DNA of 35,087 nucleotides from Candidatus Bathyarchaeia archaeon (GTDB lineage Archaea; Thermoproteota; Bathyarchaeia; Bathyarchaeales; Bathycorpusculaceae): the NCBI GenBank assembly GCA_050012255.1, contig JBEKHN010000020.1, positions 1 through 35,087 of the forward strand, given 5' to 3'. The notes below the pieces were generated by a model, which did no database searches, was not told the origin of the DNA, and saw only the letters and a program-made list of their open reading frames with translations. Positions 1 through 8,919 of this stretch are shown piece after piece. A program made the position numbers and the translations under genes. How positions within the stretch are numbered: position 1 is the stretch's first letter; the number at the start of each line of letters is the position of its first letter.

Positions 1-12
1 AAAGGATAAGTC

Positions 13-84
13 GACCTTGCCAAACAAGGTCTCAAGAGTCTCGTATCTCCTCATGACTCACCTCAAGAGAGAGATACGCGACTC
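13..84. repeat. Two adjacent inverted repeats (hairpins)
   Basis: GACCTTG(13-19)/CAAGGTC(25-31); GAGTCTCGTATCTC(36-49)/GAGATACGCGACTC(71-84), 13/14 complementary and extendable inward with a bulge. Confidence 0.8.
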
Positions 85-148
85 ACCTATTACAATCAAA
101 AGACGAATTTAGGAACACGCATGCGCGTAGACCAGAGGTTTCATTGGG

Positions 149-1021
149 TTGGACTCTGATTCTCCTGATTTTGATTTCGATCCTTCCGAGTTTGCTGAAG
201 AAGAAGCCCATCTTTACGATGAGTATGAACAGAATGCTGAAACGGCGATTCTGGAGACGATTTCGCAGCAGCAAGTCGTTACTGACAGAGAATTGAAAGT
301 CAGATTAGAACGCAAATTCTTCCCTTGGATAATTGGCAGAGTTGTTAATCGCTTGATTGCAGATGGTAGCGTCAGGATTATCCATCCTCCGGGCAGAAAA
401 GGGGGTATGGGAACTCCTGACAATTTCTATTTGGATGTGTCAGCCGACTATGAAACGCTCTTGAAATTGATCTTGAGAAAGAAGCGAGTCTCTGTCTACA
501 TCAATTCTCTTCTAACTAGAGTGTCGCCGGCAGGTTTTTTCGCAGAGGAGGTTTTTGAATCTGCTTTCAACTCGTTGCGTTTCAAAATTCATGGGACAGA
601 AGTTTCTGAATTCAGAGGCAAGAAAGTCACAGGGGTTCCTGGAAAGCAGCCACCGAATCTTGATTTTGTGATTGAGAAAGATGATATTATCTATGGTGTT
701 GACGTTAAGAACTGGATAAAGTATGAGTTTGATTCGATCCGCAATGTTATGAGCAAGGTGGACCTAGCTGTTCAACTTGGGATTATTCCTTTTATATGTG
801 CGCGATATGTTGACAAGGGCACTTTTTTCAAGGTTGTCAATATACCCGGTATTGTGTACAGTTATGAAACCTTGATTCTCCCTCCAGAATTTCAGACTCT
901 TGCAGAGGAAGCACGAAGTCTATTGGGGTATCCAGTTTTTGTCGGTGAGATCTTTCCACAGCATAAGTTGGATTTCATAAATAGACTGCATGACATTATG
1001 TTGAAAAAGCTACACGGATGA
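149..1021 (+). CDS. Hypothetical protein: acidic N-terminus, probable wHTH, C-terminal PD-(D/E)xK nuclease-like domain
   Basis: 290 aa; 'PPNLDFVIEKDDIIYGVDVKNW' fits the D...(D/E)xK restriction-endonuclease motif; helical 'RELKVRLE...RVVNRLIADG' segment resembles wHTH. Confidence 0.6.
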   Translation: MDSDSPDFDFDPSEFAEEEAHLYDEYEQNAETAILETISQQQVVTDRELKVRLERKFFPWIIGRVVNRLIADGSVRIIHPPGRKGGMGTPDNFYLDVSADYETLLKLILRKKRVSVYINSLLTRVSPAGFFAEEVFESAFNSLRFKIHGTEVSEFRGKKVTGVPGKQPPNLDFVIEKDDIIYGVDVKNWIKYEFDSIRNVMSKVDLAVQLGIIPFICARYVDKGTFFKVVNIPGIVYSYETLILPPEFQTLAEEARSLLGYPVFVGEIFPQHKLDFINRLHDIMLKKLHG

Positions 1022-1162
1022 ATTACTGATTGTTTAGGCTTGTTTTTGATTACAGAGCGTTGATTTGGGCTTAAATTGGCGAATAGATGTTTTTTGGGGT
1101 TATACCCTATGAATACTAATCATTCGTGGTTGCGCGCGCATGGACAGACAGGACGCAATCAG

Positions 1163-2500
1163 TTACTTTTTGTTCGGAACATAGCAGTTCTTGACGCCAA
1201 TGACTTCCTCTGCGATTTTACCTACTTTCTTTTTAGCGGTTTCCGAACAGAACACATACAACCGCTTAGGAATAGGAGAAGCAGAGAATGGTGATTCTTC
1301 ACCGATATGTCTGACTGATCCATCATAGTGTTCAATAAGAATAGGTTTTTCTTCCACACCTATATTCTCATCAGGGCGTTCATAGAGCTTGATTTCTGTA
1401 CTCTGCAAATGGACTATCAATTCCTCTGGGTTCAAACCTGCTTTTGAGGCAATTGCATTTTCAAGTTTGTCTATTTCCCCTTGTTTCATCTGCATAAGTC
1501 TCATCCGTTCTCTGTAGTCTGGAATAGCTTCAATGGAAATCGGTATTATGTATGAACGTTTCAGCAGCTTTCTGTTTAGCAAGTTCAAGATAATCTTTCG
1601 TGCTTTATCTCTGGATCTTTTGAGTATGAGGTACTGAATGGAACCATCATCCAAGCTTATGTAGTAGTTCAGGAATTTTCCGAGGTCTTTGTGCAAGTCT
1701 AAAGCGTCCCTATCGAGAACCGATTCATCAACGGCAAATCTCAGAGCACGCAAGAACATATCATCTGCTATCAGACGCGTGTGATGTTCATACACTTGTG
1801 TATGCATCAAGTAACGTGCCATCCGATAACTTTCAACAGCATCTCTTCCCTTCTCGTGTATGCAGAGGTAATTTCTCTTCCCATATCCTTTGACAACGCA
1901 TAAATTGCGCACCACTCTTTCAAAATCAAATATGCCGTATGCGACTCCTGTGTGATAAGAATCACGTCTGAGATAGTCTAGTTTGTCGGCATCTAATGTG
2001 CCGGACAATATTTCGGATCTTACTGTCTCCCTCTCGGATTCAAAGATTTGAGCAAGTTCTCCTGCGAGGTCTCCAAGGTTACGTTTCAATTCCGAGTTAT
2101 TTTCCAGAATCAATTGAGTAGCTTTCTCATGTGAGAAATCTTCTCCGAGCAGATCATTCATGATTTTCTCAAAGACGTGAGAAAAGGGGCCGTGTCCCAG
2201 ATCATGCAGCAGTGCGCCAGCACGGACTAAACGAGTGTCTCTTTCAGGCAACTCCAGTTGTCTGCAAATCCTTCCGGCCACGTACAAAGTGCCTAGAGAG
2301 TGTTCGAATCTGTTGTGTACCGCACTAGGATATACTATATAGGTATGGCCCAATTGCTTTATTCTTGTCAGTCGCTGCAAAATCTTGCAGTTAACAAGGT
2401 TCTTTTCTTGACGAGAAAGGCTAATAAAATCATATAGGGGATCGCGGAAGGACACGATTTCACGAAGAGCATCGCGTTTCTTAATCGCCTTTCTTGGCAA
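1163..2500 (-). CDS. HD-domain phosphohydrolase, SAMHD1/YwfO-like putative dNTP triphosphohydrolase
   Basis: Motifs RIKQLG, HNRFEHSLG, LLHDLGHGPFSH, DADKLDYLRRD. Confidence 0.9.
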   Translation of the reverse strand: MPRKAIKKRDALREIVSFRDPLYDFISLSRQEKNLVNCKILQRLTRIKQLGHTYIVYPSAVHNRFEHSLGTLYVAGRICRQLELPERDTRLVRAGALLHDLGHGPFSHVFEKIMNDLLGEDFSHEKATQLILENNSELKRNLGDLAGELAQIFESERETVRSEILSGTLDADKLDYLRRDSYHTGVAYGIFDFERVVRNLCVVKGYGKRNYLCIHEKGRDAVESYRMARYLMHTQVYEHHTRLIADDMFLRALRFAVDESVLDRDALDLHKDLGKFLNYYISLDDGSIQYLILKRSRDKARKIILNLLNRKLLKRSYIIPISIEAIPDYRERMRLMQMKQGEIDKLENAIASKAGLNPEELIVHLQSTEIKLYERPDENIGVEEKPILIEHYDGSVRHIGEESPFSASPIPKRLYVFCSETAKKKVGKIAEEVIGVKNCYVPNKK

Positions 2501-3020
2501 GGTTCAACGCCGTCAACAGTCTTAGGCCAGATTCGATCTCATTTTCTGCAAGTGTCCAACCAAGTTTTCTTCCGACTCTTTTTATTTCGCCATAGGTGAT
2601 TTCCTTTCCTTTTCGCTGGAGCAAAAAGTAAACTTTAGCTGCCCATGATAGAATGCTTATATTATTACCTGCTGTTGTAGTGCAAGTCTCTACTATCTCT
2701 TTCAAACTCTTGTGTAGTTTTGAATCTTTTTCTTTCAAGTCTTCTGCAATTTTCTCTCCATCTTCTGTCAAAGAATAGCTGTACAAGACTCTGCCGTGAT
2801 AAGTCATTCTTCCTCTTTCGACCAAGAAGTCAGACGTTATCAAATCATTCATAGCACGCGAAATAGCTTCGCTATAAGGTCCGTAGAAATGTGGTTTGTA
2901 CCCTAAGTCCAAGCCAGTTTTGACCGCTGCAAAATAGCACCATTTCTGCAAAGTGGTCCTACCCTCAACAGCTCCTTCAGCAGCATCTACCATTAGGATT
3001 ATTATAGCTGATTCATTCAA
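2481..3020 (-). CDS. YwgA-like (SocA/Panacea-related) protein
   Basis: 'GRTTLQKWCYF...YGPYS...YSLTEDG' signature; overlaps the HD gene start by 20 bp. Confidence 0.75.
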   Translation of the reverse strand: MNESAIIILMVDAAEGAVEGRTTLQKWCYFAAVKTGLDLGYKPHFYGPYSEAISRAMNDLITSDFLVERGRMTYHGRVLYSYSLTEDGEKIAEDLKEKDSKLHKSLKEIVETCTTTAGNNISILSWAAKVYFLLQRKGKEITYGEIKRVGRKLGWTLAENEIESGLRLLTALNLAKKGD

Positions 3021-3135
3021 GAAAGATGCCTTCCTCTCTATGTCTGTGTTCTCTTGAGAATTTCTATATAATAAGAATTGTGTAAGTGTTGGTGGAAAGA
3101 CAAATGTCTATTGTGCTGTTTTTTCAAGCAAAGAT

Positions 3136-3441
3136 GTGTCATTTCTTGTCCAGAAGCAGACCGTGTATGATGGCATCAAATTCTATCGATTGACTAGCCA
3201 AAGCATTTCAAGAGCGAAATTGTATGCAGATATTTTCAATGCTAGATATGGGATGCTTATTTCAACAGGAGGGATTGGAACAGAAACAGAGAGATTCATC
3301 AGCAATAGATGGGCGATAAGGGGAAATGTTATCATTGCTCAATTTGACGAAGCAAACAACAAGTTTTGTTTTGACAAGAGACTCTATTCAACTATCCCAG
3401 AACCTTTTGTACCAAATGAATCAAAATACTTTCAACTCTAG
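3136..3441 (+). CDS. Hypothetical protein or gene fragment
   Basis: 101-aa ORF; 'RAKLYADIFNARYGMLIST' loosely resembles the tail of restriction-endonuclease-fold proteins. Confidence 0.35.
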   Translation: MSFLVQKQTVYDGIKFYRLTSQSISRAKLYADIFNARYGMLISTGGIGTETERFISNRWAIRGNVIIAQFDEANNKFCFDKRLYSTIPEPFVPNESKYFQL

Positions 3442-3642
3442 AACATTCTAAGGTTAATTTTTCTGTCTAAAGCGGTTAAACTGATTCACCTACTCACGGA
3501 TATTTGTAGTGTGAAACCATTTTTGACCATTTTCGGAACAGGCATGCGCACGAGTGAGTATAATGTTGGCCACTTGAGTTTTGAACAAATTGAAGCTAGT
3601 GGTGGAGTTGAACCCGTTCGGGTGCTAATCCCCTCCGGCCCG

Positions 3643-4293
3643 TCACTTTTTAGGTGCAAAGAGATTTTCTTTTATTAGGAAGTACGGCTTCATATGCTCA
3701 CGGACATCTATCTCTAAGCTTCGGCATGTCTGTAGAAACTGTCTTGCATGATCCTCTTCTTCCTTCGTCTGGTTTGGACGGAATGCTGGAGATGGGTAGT
3801 TCTCTAACCTAAACCCCAAGCCATCGGCTATCTTCTTATGAAAGTTGTAGCTTCTTCTGGCCCATTCTAGCCTTCCTCTAAGCTCATCTGAGACATCGGC
3901 TTCTAGTTTGAAAGGAACCTCCTTCACCGTGATTAGCACCGCTTTGAACAAAGGAGACCCTGACAAATGATCCAGCAAGCTAGAGACAGCCTTCCATTGG
4001 ACATCCTTCTCAAAACTCAGACCGAACCTTCGGACAAAACTCTCTTTGTCCACAACTTCTTTAGCAACTAAGCAAGCAACTCCTATGAACTGCTTATCCC
4101 TTTCCTGAACGCCAACGCAGAGCTCATCGCTCCAGTATGTTCTGAAAGGCTCCTTGTACAGAGTGAAGCCTTTCGGAACTTGTTTCTCTGTACTATTACC
4201 CTTATCCCAACTTCCAGGCCCATACCATTGCCCATACGCCCACTTACGCCACTTGTGATAATCACCCCATGGGCTTCCATAAGATTCAGGCAT
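3643..4293 (-). CDS. Hypothetical protein, possibly truncated
   Basis: 216-aa ATG ORF, longest locally, no recognised motif. Confidence 0.55.
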   Translation of the reverse strand: MPESYGSPWGDYHKWRKWAYGQWYGPGSWDKGNSTEKQVPKGFTLYKEPFRTYWSDELCVGVQERDKQFIGVACLVAKEVVDKESFVRRFGLSFEKDVQWKAVSSLLDHLSGSPLFKAVLITVKEVPFKLEADVSDELRGRLEWARRSYNFHKKIADGLGFRLENYPSPAFRPNQTKEEEDHARQFLQTCRSLEIDVREHMKPYFLIKENLFAPKK

Positions 4294-4671
4294 AAACTCA
4301 TAGAATCAAGGGTAAGGAATCTAAGTTATGCATGCATGATACTTCTGTTATTAAGAATTGGGAATATCCTGATCCTCTAATGTCGAAAAACAGCCACGTT
4401 TCGAGTGAGGGATGAGGAACTTTGGAGTAGAATCCAGAACAGTACCTATTCTTATCATTCTCTCTCCTCCCTATTTCACTCTCATTTCTGCTTGTTTGTC
4501 TTCAATAAACACAGCAACAATTTGTTGATTCTCAAAGCTTTATAGGAATGGAAAGAAAACCGTCACGCTGCTCTTCATTCTCACGAGATGCTGAGGAGTA
4601 GCGGACAGAGAAAATCTTATAGTCAATTTCATCTCAGAGTAGCATTTGCCCAAACAAAGAAGGAGATAGTT

Positions 4672-5613
4672 TTGCGTAAGTCAGTTGTCTCCCCCATACT
4701 AGCAAGCAGTTTGGAAGTTTTGGAACATGCCATAGAGCATTTGAAACTAGGGACAAACAGAGACATGAAATTTGCTGTTCAGCATGCGGACAATGCCACA
4801 GAATTGATCTTGAAAGAACTCGCACGATTCAAAGGAATTCGCTTGATAGACAAAAGAGGGCAATCTATTAGCTATTATGATTGTATAGACGAATTACAAA
4901 GAAGGGGAGTAGACATTCCAGAACTCACCAATATAGACTTGCTTCACACAGAGAGGAACTCTATATATCATTTAGGCAGCCAACCTGATAAACTAAAAAC
5001 TGATTGGCTAGTCTATGACGTTAGCCTGAACTTTATCAAGAGAATATGCCAAAAAGAGCTGGGATACGATATTGGTCAATTCTCGACACAATTCAAATTG
5101 TCTCCAAAAGTTGAGCAGGAGATTGAGTCAACAAGAAGCGAGATGGTCAATATGTATCTTTTTGAAACTGTGTCTTCGCTAGACTCAAACGTCTACAGTG
5201 CGACAGTGGTTTCAGCTTTTTCTGGAATAGAAGCCCTGTTGAGGGAGACACTTTCTCTTGAGATGCGTTCCCACGTAGACTTCATGAAAAGACTACGGTC
5301 ACAGAAGATATTTTCGAAAGAATTGACAGAAGCTATTGAAAAATTGCGGCAAATCCGAAATAGCACAATTCATGGCATCTCAAGAGCAACAAAAGAACAG
5401 GCGAATTTTTCTCTCGATGTCTTCAAAAGAGCTATCGATGAAATAGGTCTTCCTTTAGAGCTAAAGTGCAAAACTTGTGGAATGCAGTTCAAATCCGGTA
5501 TAGCTATGAGCCGGAAGACTTTCGAGACATCCGTCCTAGTGTCGAATCAGCATGAATGTCCCAATGGGCATATTAATTCATACAACAAACAGGACTATAT
5601 CGCTAGGTTGTAG
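4672..5613 (+). CDS. Tandem HEPN (DUF4145-like) protein with C-terminal Zn ribbon
   Basis: Two RxxxxH motifs (RNSIYH, RNSTIH) in helical domains; CKTC...CPNGH; TTG at 4672 follows AGGAG (ORF track starts at 4588). Confidence 0.7.
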   Translation: MRKSVVSPILASSLEVLEHAIEHLKLGTNRDMKFAVQHADNATELILKELARFKGIRLIDKRGQSISYYDCIDELQRRGVDIPELTNIDLLHTERNSIYHLGSQPDKLKTDWLVYDVSLNFIKRICQKELGYDIGQFSTQFKLSPKVEQEIESTRSEMVNMYLFETVSSLDSNVYSATVVSAFSGIEALLRETLSLEMRSHVDFMKRLRSQKIFSKELTEAIEKLRQIRNSTIHGISRATKEQANFSLDVFKRAIDEIGLPLELKCKTCGMQFKSGIAMSRKTFETSVLVSNQHECPNGHINSYNKQDYIARL

Positions 5614-5952
5614 TTGTATAATTAGCGAGCGCCTAGGAAGCAGTGTTCTATGAGTGGGAGGCAAATTTCGACTCATCCTTTTCGCTTTCTTCGTTGCTTC
5701 AAACATCAACGTACCCCTTGCATCTCTCACACGTAGGTCTACCGTTCTGCCAGATTATCCTCAAAGCGTCAAGACCATTATCTGACCTGTACTCTTTGCA
5801 TTTTGGACAGTAACCTCTCGTCATTTCATACACAACATAAATCTATAGGCTAAGACAACCATTTTATCGACGTACGATATTTCGATTAGTGCCGATGCCA
5901 TAATGCATGGATTATCCCGATCTAATTCTTTTAAGAAACGCTGCTGCTACAC

Positions 5953-6246
5953 GTGTATGAAAGTGACAGAAACATGACGTATCTAGCTAGACAAAGAAAA
6001 GAAATCGAAAAAAGTGTAAGGTGTCCCAATTGCGGTGGGGTTCATGTCTCCTATGCAAGTATGAAACAGACAAGTCTCACCTGTCATGAGTGCGGCTTCA
6101 CAGAAGTTAAGAATATCATTATGGCTGGCGGAAAAGATCCAACGGGGGAGCTGATCAAAGTGATTGCTACAGGAGCTTTGGTAGTCATCGGGATTGCTGG
6201 AGCTATCACCATCGCAAGAGCTTTGTTTGGGGACAATAAAGAGTGA
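5953..6246 (+). CDS. Small Zn-ribbon protein with C-terminal transmembrane helix
   Basis: CPNC...CHEC followed by hydrophobic 'VIATGALVVIGIAGAITIARALF'. Confidence 0.7.
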   Translation: MYESDRNMTYLARQRKEIEKSVRCPNCGGVHVSYASMKQTSLTCHECGFTEVKNIIMAGGKDPTGELIKVIATGALVVIGIAGAITIARALFGDNKE

Positions 6247-7007
6247 GGAGTAGATCCGGAAATCAACCAAGACCAAGCTGGCGAAAGATCAAGAAGAGGT
6301 TAGACCCTTTCGTCAGGCTACTGGTAGCTTCATACACCTTGAAATACGTCAAAGGAGGTCGCGGATCCAACATAAGCGAGTTGTCTTTTGTCACCAACCT
6401 TAAGTCTTCAAAAGTTTCCGCATTGTTGAGAATGATGGGATCTAAACAGCTAGTAGCAGTTCTTGAGGTGAAAATCGACATAAGTAAAGGTCTGGCAAAG
6501 AACTACCAGAAAAACTTCCGTGTCCACACAGTACTACCTAAAAGTCAGTTGAACAGGGCTTATCTAAGAGATGTTAGTAGATCTAGGGGATCATTAGGGA
6601 AGTTATACCTTATTTCGCTGCGTACAGATGAGAGCCTAGTGCCAGTGTTGGAGAAACTGAAGACTGTGGATCTAAGAGATCTGCTGAGAGTTGTTATGCC
6701 TTTAGTCATTAAATATCTCAGAAACTGTAACACCTTCGAGTACAAATTGATGAAACATGCTTTTAAGATCGCAATTAGAAGCGCTTATATAGTGGTACAG
6801 AGAGCCGCGGACTTGTATGAAGATGTCGGATTTGTAGACGACAGAGTTCTGGTTCTCAGACATATGGAGAAAATTCTGGATACCGTCAAAACAGGTTCTG
6901 AAAAAATCCGAAGACGCAGAGAATTATTGAATGCACTTGAGTGCTGTCAGAGAGACTTGAAACAATGGTCATCTCTACCTGAGACTGGGATTCTCGTTTC
7001 AACCTGA
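6243..7007 (+). CDS. Basic protein with N-terminal wHTH-like region
   Basis: GTGA overlap with upstream gene; 'SNISELSFVTNLKSSKVSALLRMMGSKQLV' is HTH-like. Confidence 0.55.
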   Translation: MRSRSGNQPRPSWRKIKKRLDPFVRLLVASYTLKYVKGGRGSNISELSFVTNLKSSKVSALLRMMGSKQLVAVLEVKIDISKGLAKNYQKNFRVHTVLPKSQLNRAYLRDVSRSRGSLGKLYLISLRTDESLVPVLEKLKTVDLRDLLRVVMPLVIKYLRNCNTFEYKLMKHAFKIAIRSAYIVVQRAADLYEDVGFVDDRVLVLRHMEKILDTVKTGSEKIRRRRELLNALECCQRDLKQWSSLPETGILVST

Positions 7008-7015
7008 TATAAGAC

Positions 7016-7519
7016 ATGGGTGATGAATGCGTGTACAAGTTGATTAACCAGATTATTGAGAGACAACCATTAGTTGAGCCCTTGGGCTTAAGGACGAAAA
7101 CTAAGGAAGTTATGAGATCGAACATCTTTCGGAGCTTGCTCGCATTCTTTGATGAGCTAGTAAGCATAAGTCAAGCATGTGGTGAAGTAGAAGTTTCGGG
7201 AATCGCCCTAATCAACAGATTCACTGGAGAAATCATAGCCAAAATGTTTAGGGCTGGGACAGAAAATGAGTGTGCCCCTCCGACAAACTTTCGCACGTGT
7301 ATCCGACCAAATATTATCCAGGTCTTGGCTCACAATCATCCAAATGGAGTCTGCTGCTTTTCTGAGCAAGACGAAGAAGTAATTCATTTTCGATTCAACA
7401 CTAGTATTCTTGGACTCGGGGTCGTGAATGCCGGGATCGATGATGAATCTTATGTTGTTACATATGATAGAGAAGATGGTGGAATCAAATTTAAAGGAAA
7501 GCAAAACAGACTTTGGTAG
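7016..7519 (+). CDS. JAB/MPN metallopeptidase-domain protein (RadC-like motif)
   Basis: Upstream Glu (EVSG) plus HNHPNG-x3-FS-x2-D, matching HxH-x7-S-x2-D. Confidence 0.8.
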   Translation: MGDECVYKLINQIIERQPLVEPLGLRTKTKEVMRSNIFRSLLAFFDELVSISQACGEVEVSGIALINRFTGEIIAKMFRAGTENECAPPTNFRTCIRPNIIQVLAHNHPNGVCCFSEQDEEVIHFRFNTSILGLGVVNAGIDDESYVVTYDREDGGIKFKGKQNRLW

Positions 7520-7641
7520 TCTCACTCAAGCCATGAGGATCAAACCAAATTGAAGATCGCCAAACAAGCCCGAATTGAAGAAGCCAAATGTGGATTCTAT
7601 TGAACCATACGGCATATCACCTACTCATAATCTATTTATGA

Positions 7642-7687
7642 GGTTCTGTTAACTCTTAGGCGCTTAAAGAAGTTTGTTAACTGTCGG
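7642..7687 (-). repeat. 46-bp bipartite module, copy 1
   Basis: Reverse complement CCGACAGTTAACA-N21-GTTAACAGAACC. Confidence 0.85.
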
Positions 7688-7714
7688 CGCTTTTTGTGAT
7701 AGAGCCGCCAGTAC

Positions 7715-7809
7715 GAGCCCATAAGACTTTTCGGAGTTCTAAAACGGGCCCTAATGCAGTTCTGCCAAAAAGGGCTCTCTGCAACTTTTCGAATTCCTAA
7801 AATAGGCCC
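7715..7809. repeat. Array of short units joined at GGGCCC-like cores
   Basis: GAGCCC 7715, GGGCCC 7746, GGGCTC 7772, AGGCCC 7804; the last three are preceded by C(T/C)AAAA. Confidence 0.65.
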
Positions 7810-7818
7810 ATGCAAAAA

Positions 7819-8312
7819 TCATTCATAAGTGCTGGTTCTAAGGTCGTTTAATTGTTTTTCAAAATGTCGGGCAAGTGGATCACCGCTTATGTCTATCTTC
7901 CAAGTATGGGTCGACCTCACTCGCCACTCTGCCATAGCTTCATTCACGGCTTCGTTCAGTTCTTTTTTCCCTAGGCCCGTCACTGTTTGAAAATGGGCAA
8001 CTGCTTTGTCCTACGTGTTCTGCCCATATGCAGTATTAAGTTACAATCTGCGCAGACCACTTCATAGCCAGTAAGTCTTTGTGCATAATCAGACTCATCG
8101 TAAAACCATTTCTCATGGCAGAATAACTCTCCTTTTTTCCTTGAAGCACCACAAATCTCACACCTGTAACTACATCTTTCAAGCTCTCTTTCTCTTATCC
8201 TATTCCAAGTGCTCCCAAAACCTGCACCCTTAGTACGTGCTAATTGAGAAAGGCTTTTTCCCCAAGATTTCAGTGGAACTAAATCGATGTTGTAACAACC
8301 AACCTTTACCAT
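7819..8312 (-). pseudogene. Frameshifted HNH endonuclease
   Basis: CEIC...CHEKW...CADCNLILHMGR; a second frame continues 'VTGLGKKELNEAVNEAMAEWRVRSTHTWKIDIS...YE*' to 7819. Confidence 0.7.
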
Positions 8313-8386
8313 GCGCTTTCAAGCCCATATCATATTTGCCAAAGAATCCTTATTTGATTTTTCTTCTGAAGGTATGACGATTGCAC

Positions 8387-8458
8387 AGAAGATACACGAA
8401 ATATCTGAAGAGACAAGCAAGACGACGAGTGACAGGGGTTCGCCACTAAAAGGGGCCC
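8387..8458 (+). repeat. 72-bp dispersed repeat ending in GGGCCC; inverted copy at 32210-32282
   Basis: 7 mismatches and 1 gap over 73 columns by manual alignment. Confidence 0.9.
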
Positions 8459-8919
8459 TTGTCAAAAATCGGTTGATAAAACTTACATTCTTTGGGTAAG
8501 TGCCCATACCATTCATCATAGTGTTTGCAGGATCAAAGTAGAAGGAAAGAACAAATGGTTGACCCTCATCCAAAGCGCAAGCATAAATGAGACAGATTAG
8601 CCCATGCTGACTCGCAATAGAAAAAACGGGAGTTGAAAATATGTAATTTCGTAACACTATAACTTTTTGTAATTTATCTTGTGATTGTTCTATCTATTTC
8701 TGTACCTATTCACGCTTTTTTGCTGCTTCTCTTGCTCTTTCCACGAATTTTTGGTCTTTGCTTGTTCGCCCAATCCTTTCTGCGGCTTCTTGGGTCATCT
8801 TTGTCTCTTTTGGCAATCTCTCACCTCAAATGTACAAACTGTTCATCAATCCTAAAAACTTTCCCAAATACTCTCAGTAAGAACTCTATAATCATAGTAT
8901 CAACCGATTTTTCACAAGG
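8457..8919. mobile_element. Putative non-autonomous mini-element bounded by 22-bp inverted repeats
   Basis: CCTTGTCAAAAATCGGTTGATA(8457-8478) vs TATCAACCGATTTTTCACAAGG(8898-8919), 21/22 complementary; no transposase. Confidence 0.55.
8706..8816 (-). CDS. 36-aa hydrophilic peptide, SMP/LEA-like
   Basis: MPKETKMTQEAAERIGRTSKDQKFVERAREAAKKRE; TTG start after GAGGTGAG; too short for the ORF track. Confidence 0.6.
   Translation of the reverse strand: MPKETKMTQEAAERIGRTSKDQKFVERAREAAKKRE

Noticed and set aside
1128-1143. GCGCGCGCA motif also seen near 32055 and 32440
   Set aside because: Short and low-complexity, with no shared flanks
7642-7809. CRISPR array
   Set aside because: No tandem 23-47-bp identical repeats and no cas genes; cores are only 6-8 bp
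7834-7870. GGTTCT...TGTCGG as a module copy
   Set aside because: 37 bp rather than 46, no internal repeat, and inside the HNH remnant
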